A stretch of 6,511 nucleotides of DNA from IMG/VR virus record IMGVR_UViG_2698536485_000005, positions 1-6,511 of that record. The stretch is one strand, 5' to 3'. Positions 1 through 4,606 of this stretch are shown here, in pieces; within the stretch, counting starts at the first letter, position 1, and each line of letters starts with the position of its first letter. The translations under genes and the position numbers were made by a program. The DNA comes from a virus (lineage: Duplodnaviria; Heunggongvirae; Uroviricota; Caudoviricetes). The notes beneath the pieces are model-generated. The model worked only from the letters and a program-made list of their open reading frames with translations, ran no database searches and had not been told where the DNA came from.

Positions 1-151
1 AGAGCCGTGTTTATTGAGTCGGTATTCAGAGTCTGACCAGAAATTATTAATCTGGTGAAGTTTTTCCTCTGTCATTACGTCATGGTCGATTTCAATTTCT
101 ATTGATGCTTTCCAGTCGTAATCAATGATGTATTTTTTGATGTTTGACATC
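1..151 (-). CDS. Hypothetical protein, N-terminal 50 codons only (runs off the left edge of the window); start ATG at 151..149
   Basis: Open minus-strand frame from ATG (151) to the window edge: MSNIKKYIIDYDWKASIEIEIDHDVMTEEKLHQINNFWSDSEYRLNKHGS... GAGG about 9 nt upstream of the ATG; in-frame stop immediately upstream fixes the start. Not in the ORF track because it is partial. No family recognised. Confidence 0.45.
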
Positions 152-171
152 TGTTCATATCCTCACAGATA

Positions 172-197
172 AAAAATCGCCCTCACATTGGAGGGCA
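172..197 (-). terminator. Intrinsic (rho-independent) terminator on the minus strand, downstream of the 346..795 gene
   Basis: GC-rich 6-bp stem GCCCTC (180..185) / GAGGGC (192..197) with a 6-nt loop; on the minus strand the stem is followed directly by a run of six T (plus-strand A-run 172..177). Confidence 0.6.
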
Positions 198-258
198 AAG
201 AAGATTTCCAATAATCAGAACAAGTCGGCTCCTGTTTAGTTACGAGCGACATTGCTCC

Positions 259-286
259 GTGTATTCACTCGTTGGAATGAATACAC
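259..286. repeat. Perfect 9-bp inverted repeat GTGTATTCA-N10-TGAATACAC in the 3' untranslated region of the 346..795 gene
   Basis: Arms at 259..267 and 278..286 are exact reverse complements; no adjacent T-run, so it is not an obvious terminator. Could be a protein-binding site or an RNA stem-loop. Confidence 0.4.
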
Positions 287-345
287 AGTGCAGTGTTTAT
301 TCTGTTGTTTATGCCAAAAATAAAGGACGGTTATGCGGCCTGAAA

Positions 346-795
346 TTACTTAACCAATGATGCTGCATATTCGATAAGGTAAAGTTTTGGGGCCAGCCAA
401 ATTTTTAACCAAGTCATATTGGTTACTACACCAATAATAAAAATCCCCCACAGAGTCAAAACTCCAACCAATGGCATGATAAGAAGGTTAATATCTCCTT
501 TGCTATCCCAAACCATTGTCGGCCTGTATTTGGGATTTCCCATCTCCCATGAGTATCCTTCATCACCGATTTTACCTGTCTCAACTCTTTGGCACTGCTT
601 CTTCATAAACCAGAAAACCAGTGGGATTGTTAGAATGGCTATTAATGTTTTAATCAGACTGTCAACCATATTCCATAGCAGCAACTGATGAACAACATCA
701 GGAATCTGTGCCTGGCTAAATGAAACAGCCGCGTCTATTCCATTACTGGCTTTTTGCAGTAGTTCTACGAGAATCTTGTTTGCTTGTTCTTCCAT
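346..795 (-). CDS. Small integral membrane protein (149 aa, two predicted transmembrane helices), function unknown; candidate prophage exclusion/abortive-infection effector
   Basis: ATG start with AAGGTG 4 nt upstream on the minus strand. About 46 soluble N-terminal residues, hydrophobic helix LIKTLIAILTIPLVFWFM, about 38-residue loop, second hydrophobic helix INLLIMPLVGVLTLWGIFIIGVV, short C-terminal tail. A+T-rich relative to the replication genes. No family recognised from memory. Confidence 0.7.
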   Translation of the reverse strand: MEEQANKILVELLQKASNGIDAAVSFSQAQIPDVVHQLLLWNMVDSLIKTLIAILTIPLVFWFMKKQCQRVETGKIGDEGYSWEMGNPKYRPTMVWDSKGDINLLIMPLVGVLTLWGIFIIGVVTNMTWLKIWLAPKLYLIEYAASLVK

Positions 796-873
796 ATATC
801 ACCTTAAATAGTGGATTGCGGTAGTAAAGATTGTGCCTGTCTTTTAACCACATCAGGCTCGGTGGTTCTCGTG

Positions 874-925
874 TACCCCTACAGCGAGAAATCGGATAAA
901 CTCTATTCACCCCTACAGAGAGAAT
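874..925. repeat. Two near-identical 16-17 bp direct repeats (ACCCCTACAG[C/A]GAGAA) spaced 34 bp apart in the divergent intergenic region
   Basis: Copy 1 at 875..890 (ACCCCTACAGCGAGAA) and copy 2 at 909..924 (ACCCCTACAGAGAGAA); they lie between the divergent starts at 795 (minus) and 941 (plus), the second copy just upstream of the GGAG ribosome-binding site of the 941 gene. Confidence 0.5.
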
Positions 926-940
926 GATGGAGATTCACCG

Positions 941-1480
941 ATGAGTAACTGGTGGCAGGAACTATTACGTTTCTTCCTGCGTGGTCTTACGCTACAACAG
1001 TTAATTCATATGCTTATTATTTTAATTGCCTTGATAATAATCACCCCAGCATCAATTAAAGAGTGGGTAGATATAAGGAACCCCGAAATACTTCCAGATC
1101 ACTGGATGTATTACGCAATGCTTTTGTGTATCAGTTATGTTCTGAACAGGGTGATGGAGTTTATATTTCTGGCATCTTCAGACAGATATAAAAAATATCT
1201 CAGTAAGAGAGATGAGGCTAAAGTAATTGTGGAGACTGAGCACCTGTTCAATTCTCTGAGTATTCAGGAAAAAGAGGTTTTAGCATTTGCTGTTATGGCA
1301 AATAACAAAATTGTACTTAAGCACGGCGATCCGGTCGCTTTATCTCTTATGAGAAAAGGCCTTCTCCATCGCTCAGGTGTGACTTACAGCGCGTCAGGTA
1401 AAGAGAAATTTGTTATACCTGACGTCTGGTTCCATGAGTGTTATATGCGCTTTGCTGGTAAAGCTGATGAGCTAATTTAG
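941..1480 (+). CDS. Membrane-anchored protein (179 aa; two N-terminal TM helices plus about 100-aa soluble C-terminal domain); possible SieB-like superinfection exclusion protein
   Basis: ATG with GGAG 8 nt upstream. Hydrophobic segments LIHMLIILIALIIITPA and WMYYAMLLCISYVLNRVMEFIFLA. Lies next to the immunity region and convergent with the predicted pL, the arrangement I recall for sieB in lambda/P22/Rac. Size and topology fit SieB, but sequence homology was not verified. Confidence 0.6.
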   Translation: MSNWWQELLRFFLRGLTLQQLIHMLIILIALIIITPASIKEWVDIRNPEILPDHWMYYAMLLCISYVLNRVMEFIFLASSDRYKKYLSKRDEAKVIVETEHLFNSLSIQEKEVLAFAVMANNKIVLKHGDPVALSLMRKGLLHRSGVTYSASGKEKFVIPDVWFHECYMRFAGKADELI

Positions 1481-1594
1481 TTCCTCGACGGCGGGGGATC
1501 GTCATCTCGCTGTCAGTTGTTTTGATTTCCTGTTGCCTGCCGCGTAAAGAGCTTGTGTCACGAGATCGCTAACCCCGTATATAAAAACACTTCA

Positions 1595-1610
1595 ATAACT
1601 ATCAAGTTAT
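1595..1610. repeat. Perfect inverted repeat ATAACT-atca-AGTTAT in the pL leader region
   Basis: Exact 6-bp arms with a 4-bp spacer; a second perfect inverted repeat with the same half-site in the opposite arrangement (AGTTAT-aaa-ATAACT) lies at 1743..1757 beside OL. Confidence 0.4.
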
Positions 1611-1706
1611 GGAAATGTTCTTTTGTAGTGAGCAGCATTGCCGTTCATCCTGAACCCGCCGCGCTCCCGACGCATGGTTTAATGTCGCGCCGTTCGACAT
1701 GGCTTA

Positions 1707-1735
1707 ACTATATCCAAAGCTATTATTGATGTAAA
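1707..1735 (-). promoter_or_regulatory. pL-like early leftward promoter
   Basis: On the minus strand: -35 TTTACA (plus 1730..1735), 17-bp spacer, -10 TATAGT (plus 1707..1712); predicted start near 1700. Both hexamers overlap operator-like sites. Confidence 0.6.
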
Positions 1736-1749
1736 TAGCTATAGTTATA
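1709..1749. promoter_or_regulatory. OL operator sites (two recognisable 16-bp sites matching the OR half-site consensus)
   Basis: AATAGC-tata-GTTATA (1734..1749) and TATATC-caaa-GCTATT (1709..1724) match the OR consensus AATAGC-N4-GCTATT; centres are about 25 bp apart and overlap the pL -35 and -10. Confidence 0.5.
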
Positions 1750-1833
1750 AAATAACTCCTTTGGTTATTTAATCATTGATATCTAATGTAATTTATTTTT
1801 CTTGTATGTGAGATTTGGTGTTTTTGGGGCAAT

Positions 1834-1860
1834 AAAAAACCCGCAAAAAGCGGGTTTGTT
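1834..1860 (-). terminator. Intrinsic terminator immediately downstream of cI (minus strand), possibly weakly bidirectional
   Basis: Stem CCCGC (1840..1844) / GCGGG (1850..1854) with an AAAAA loop, flanked by an A-run (1834..1839) that gives a T-run after the stem on the minus strand; it sits about 20 nt past the cI stop (1877..1875). The plus-strand side has only an interrupted T-run. Confidence 0.65.
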
Positions 1861-1874
1861 GTGGTGTGATGAGG

Positions 1875-2606
1875 TTAGTAGTCAACTACAGACCACCAGA
1901 AGATTCTTCCGATGATCTCGATATCGCTTAGATTCTTTTCTTCTTGTGGGTATTCCAGTGAGTTAAAGCTTCTAATGCTTACCTTGTCAGGCCCTGATCG
2001 AAAGAGAATCTTAATGCGTTTCCAACCGTTCTCGTTAATGGCGTAAATCTTTCCGTCAACTATTTTCTTATCGTTGGTGTTAACAGCAACTGTTGTTCCA
2101 TCAGGAATGTTTGGCTCCATGCTGTTGCCACGAGCCGGAAAACAAACAACCCCGCTTCCATCACTGTTCGCACCAACTCTGCGAAGGGTTGATTTGGAGA
2201 AGCGCAACATAAAGCCGTTGTGATCTTCATCAATCACCCGACCATCCCCGCATGCAAACTCAATATCTTTAAGGTAAGGAATTTCAACTTCATCACCTCT
2301 TAAAGGCGTTCCTCCATCCCATGGGTCCAAATATCCCCACGTGCTTTCATGAGGAATAGAAGATTTTGGATTATAAGGTTCAACTCCCTCATCACGCATT
2401 GGCCCAGTTCCATCGGAAAGCCATTCCGTACGAACTCCAAGCACTTTTGATATTTCAAAAAGTTTGCGCGTATTGCGTGTTTTTCCAGACGTAAGTTTCC
2501 AGACGCTTGGCTGAGACATGCCAACAGCATTGCCAAGTGAAGCCTGAGTAAACCCAGCCTGATCCATCGCGTATGTAAGCCTTTGAGAAAAAGTATCTAG
2601 TTTCAT
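1875..2606 (-). CDS. cI: CI-type prophage repressor: N-terminal HTH DNA-binding domain plus C-terminal LexA-like S24 autopeptidase domain
   Basis: 243 aa. N-terminal HTH region (...GFTQASLGNAVGMSQPSVWKLTSGK...), C-terminal GNSMEP serine motif (Ser162) and downstream GWKRIK lysine, with a linker F-A-C-G about 42 residues before the Ser. Divergent from cro across an operator region; apparently leaderless start, as for lambda pRM transcripts. Confidence 0.93.
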   Translation of the reverse strand: MKLDTFSQRLTYAMDQAGFTQASLGNAVGMSQPSVWKLTSGKTRNTRKLFEISKVLGVRTEWLSDGTGPMRDEGVEPYNPKSSIPHESTWGYLDPWDGGTPLRGDEVEIPYLKDIEFACGDGRVIDEDHNGFMLRFSKSTLRRVGANSDGSGVVCFPARGNSMEPNIPDGTTVAVNTNDKKIVDGKIYAINENGWKRIKILFRSGPDKVSIRSFNSLEYPQEEKNLSDIEIIGRIFWWSVVDY

Positions 2607-2612
2607 CCGGAC

Positions 2613-2641
2613 AACCTATAGCTACAGCTATTATTAGTCAA
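2613..2641 (-). promoter_or_regulatory. pRM-like repressor maintenance promoter
   Basis: On the minus strand: -35 TTGACT (plus 2636..2641), 17-bp spacer, -10 TAGGTT (plus 2613..2618), placing the start at or next to the cI ATG (2606). No Shine-Dalgarno before cI. Confidence 0.5.
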
Positions 2642-2681
2642 ATACCTAAAGCTATTTACTTTCTGAATAGCTTTGGCTATT
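2617..2681. promoter_or_regulatory. OR operator region: three inverted-repeat operators (OR3, OR2, OR1)
   Basis: tATAGC-taca-GCTATt (2617..2632), AATACC-taaa-GCTATT (2641..2656), AATAGC-tttg-GCTATT (2666..2681); centre-to-centre spacing about 24-25 bp. The outer sites overlap the -10 elements of pRM and pR. Confidence 0.7.
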
Positions 2682-2683
2682 AT
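2655..2683 (+). promoter_or_regulatory. pR-like early rightward promoter
   Basis: -35 TTTACT (2655..2660), 17-bp spacer, -10 TATTAT (2678..2683); predicted start about 2690, followed by the cro AGGAG ribosome-binding site (2702..2706). Confidence 0.6.
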
Positions 2684-2714
2684 TCTGATTGTGAATTCAA
2701 CAGGAGTTATTTTT

Positions 2715-2945
2715 ATGGTCAACAAGGCTATTAAAGCGGCTATTGACTCAGTAGGAAGTCAGCAAAAGTTAGCTGATGCCTGCGGTGTTAAGCAGCCGTC
2801 TGTATGGGCTTGGTTGCATGGGAAGAAAAGGGTATCCGCTGAAAATGCCAAGCGCATTGAAATGGCTACCAATGGAAGCGTCCCTGCATACCTGATTCGC
2901 CCTGATTTATCCGCTTTGTTCCCCAATCCGAACAAAGCAGCTTAA
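2715..2945 (+). CDS. cro: Cro-like small HTH repressor (76 aa)
   Basis: ATG at 2715 with AGGAG 8 nt upstream (the ORF-track start at 2673 is a TTG lying inside the operators/promoter). First rightward gene after OR/pR; HTH segment QQKLADACGVKQPSVWAWLHGKK shares the QPSVW motif with the CI recognition region. Not lambda-Cro-like in sequence; the call rests on position and HTH. Confidence 0.8.
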   Translation: MVNKAIKAAIDSVGSQQKLADACGVKQPSVWAWLHGKKRVSAENAKRIEMATNGSVPAYLIRPDLSALFPNPNKAA

Positions 2946-3064
2946 TAAAGCAAATCTTTATACCGAACGGCCCGGTATACGGTCGGGTGCCCGGCGTGGT
3001 CAAGGATGACTGTCAATGGTGCACGATAAAAACCCAAATTATTTATCTATGGAGATAGTAAGAA

Positions 3065-3361
3065 ATGACACAAGCAAGTTACAGCAAGCCAACACAGCGA
3101 GAAATTGATCGCGCTGAAACTGATTTACTCATCAACCTGTCAACGCTTACCCAGCGCGGTCTGGCAAAGATGATTGGCTGTCATGAATCGAAGATAAGCA
3201 GAACGGACTGGAGATTTATTGCTTCGGTCTTGTGTGCTTTCGGAATGGCATCAGATATCAGTCCGATTAGCAGGGCTTTTAAGTATGCGCTTGATGGACT
3301 CACCAATAAAAAACGCCCGGCGGCAACCGAGCGTTCTGAACAAATACAAATGGAATTTTAA
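3065..3361 (+). CDS. cII: CII-family transcriptional activator (98 aa)
   Basis: GGAGA ribosome-binding site 9 nt upstream. The C-terminal about 20 residues (LTNKKRPAATERSEQIQMEF) match the lambda CII C-terminus as I remember it; the N-terminal two-thirds differ from lambda CII. Position directly after cro is canonical. Confidence 0.85.
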   Translation: MTQASYSKPTQREIDRAETDLLINLSTLTQRGLAKMIGCHESKISRTDWRFIASVLCAFGMASDISPISRAFKYALDGLTNKKRPAATERSEQIQMEF

Positions 3362-3383
3362 TAACATCCAACGAGGTAATTAT

Positions 3384-3656
3384 ATGCGAAACAAAGGCTT
3401 TAATCCACCTGATACACACAAAGAAGTTAAGCGTTTGCGCTTCCTTCGTTCCATTGATGAAAGAACTCAAATCTCTTTTGTGAAAGTTGCCAGAACTGAG
3501 CTTCTGAAGGCTGAGGCAAGGGCGTTGCTCCCGTCTCTACCAAAAGAGGAGGGGTATACGTTCATTCCAAACGCATTTCTGGAAAAGCTGCTCAAAGAAG
3601 ACATATCCGTAAGTCAGTTTAACGATGTTCTTAAGGTCTTTCGTCAAGGCAGGTAG
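3384..3656 (+). CDS. Hypothetical protein (90 aa) between cII and the replication initiator
   Basis: ATG at 3384 with GAGG 7 nt upstream; stop TAG at 3654..3656, 2 nt before the O-like start. The ORF-track entry 3219..3656 is the same frame extended upstream into cII and is not preferred. No family recognised. Confidence 0.55.
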   Translation: MRNKGFNPPDTHKEVKRLRFLRSIDERTQISFVKVARTELLKAEARALLPSLPKEEGYTFIPNAFLEKLLKEDISVSQFNDVLKVFRQGR

Positions 3657-3658
3657 TT

Positions 3659-4606
3659 ATGAGCAATACAGCAAAAATCTACGATTTCAGCGCCGCACAC
3701 GAGCGCAGGAGCAACAGGATGGAGAACCAGAAAACTGGTTACATTCCGTTGTACCGGAGCATTCTGAAACAGTCATGGGCGAAAGATGTTTATCTTCGCA
3801 CCCTGTGGGAAAACCTTCTCCTGAATGCCGCCAGAAAGCCATACAAAGCGAATTTCAAAGGTCATGAATGGCATCTGCAACCCGGTCAACTGGTTGTGAC
3901 AGCAGCTGATTTAGGTCTTCAGTTATGCGACAGGCATGGCAAGCCGGCAAGCCGTGATCAGGTTGAGCGGATGCTTCAGGTTTTTGTGAAAGAGGGGATG
4001 ATCTCCATTGATGGAGAGAAGCAAAAAGGTCGTGTGATCACCATCACAAATTACCATGAATACGCTCAAAAAATGGACAATTCACCCGCACATGATGCCG
4101 CACAAACAACCGCACATGATGCCGCACATGATGAAGACAGTAATGGCGCGGCTTTCAGCGTACATGCCGCACATGAAAGCGCACATGAAGCCGCACAAAC
4201 AACCGCACATCATGAACAAGAAGGTATTAACAAGAATATAAATAATACCCCCCTACCCCCCAATGGGGGCGGCGATGGGCAGGTTAAACCTGAACGTCGC
4301 AAGGCAGAACGCATCGACTACGAATCCTTCCTGAACGCCTACAACACCGAAGTCGGTGACAGACTGCCACACGCTGTTGCGGTCAACGAGAAACGCAAAC
4401 GCCGCCTGAAGAAAATCATCCCGCAACTGAAAACGCCAAACGTGGACGGTTTCAGAGCGTATGTCAGGGCGTTTGTGCATCAGGCCAAGCCGTTTTACTT
4501 CGGAGACAACGACACGGGCTGGACGGCCGATTTTGATTACCTGCTGAGAGAAGATTCGTTAACGGGAGTTCGGGAAGGGAAGTTTGCAGACAGGGGGATT
4601 GCATGA
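3659..4606 (+). CDS. O-like replication initiator protein (315 aa) with the internal origin
   Basis: N-terminus [10 protein letters not shown]... resembles the lambda O N-terminus (MTNTAKI...). The middle of the gene carries tandem 12-bp DNA repeats encoding an Ala/His/Asp-rich linker, followed by an AT-rich tract; the stop overlaps the helicase start (ATGA). Confidence 0.88.
   Translation: MSNTAKIYDFSAAHERRSNRMENQKTGYIPLYRSILKQSWAKDVYLRTLWENLLLNAARKPYKANFKGHEWHLQPGQLVVTAADLGLQLCDRHGKPASRDQVERMLQVFVKEGMISIDGEKQKGRVITITNYHEYAQKMDNSPAHDAAQTTAHDAAHDEDSNGAAFSVHAAHESAHEAAQTTAHHEQEGINKNINNTPLPPNGGGDGQVKPERRKAERIDYESFLNAYNTEVGDRLPHAVAVNEKRKRRLKKIIPQLKTPNVDGFRAYVRAFVHQAKPFYFGDNDTGWTADFDYLLREDSLTGVREGKFADRGIA
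4086..4250. repeat. Replication origin: eight 12-bp iteron-like direct repeats in two blocks of four, followed by an A+T-rich unwinding region
   Basis: Block 1 at 4086..4133 (CCGCACATGATG, CCGCACAAACAA, CCGCACATGATG, CCGCACATGATG); block 2 at 4167..4214 (CCGCACATGAAA, GCGCACATGAAG, CCGCACAAACAA, CCGCACATCATG); AT-rich stretch 4215..4250; then a CCCCC...GGGGG element at 4251..4270. Same iteron-plus-AT-tract-inside-O layout as ori-lambda. Confidence 0.7.

Noticed and set aside
419-688. 89-aa plus-strand ORF from the six-frame track
   Set aside because: It lies entirely antisense within the better-supported 346..795 minus-strand gene, begins with a non-ATG (TTG) codon and has no ribosome-binding site.
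1481-1700. N-like antiterminator gene directly downstream of pL
   Set aside because: Only ORFs of 32 aa or fewer are present on the transcribed strand; none has the length of known N proteins, although the 22-aa ORF has an Arg-rich start. Recorded as an open question, not a feature.
2300-2536. 78-aa minus-strand ORF
   Set aside because: Alternative frame fully inside cI; the cI frame carries the recognisable HTH and S24 peptidase motifs.
2673-2714. Upstream extension of cro to the TTG at 2673
   Set aside because: The extension would lie inside the operators and the pR -10; ATG 2715 has a strong AGGAG ribosome-binding site at proper spacing.
2946-3064. nutR/tR1-like element in the cro-cII intergenic region
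   Set aside because: The region is GC-rich (2962..2996) and contains a partial boxA-like TCTTTA, but I could not find a convincing boxB hairpin or a canonical boxA, so no feature is called.
3219-3383. N-terminal extension of the ORF ending at 3656 (145-aa version)
   Set aside because: The extension overlaps the 3' part of cII in another frame; the internal ATG at 3384 has a proper GAGG ribosome-binding site and gives a non-overlapping gene.
3625-3867. 80-aa plus-strand ORF
   Set aside because: Out-of-frame overlap with the start of the O-like initiator, whose N-terminus resembles lambda O; no independent support.
4086-4214. Possible CRISPR-like array
   Set aside because: Units are only 12 bp, contiguous without spacers, and lie in-frame inside a coding region; they fit origin iterons and a low-complexity protein linker instead.
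4056-4241. 61-aa His/Met/Pro-rich ORF
   Set aside because: Frame-shifted reading of the iteron repeats inside the initiator gene; repeat-generated artefact.
4253-4480. 75-aa minus-strand ORF
   Set aside because: Antisense within the initiator gene, no ribosome-binding site, no recognisable features.
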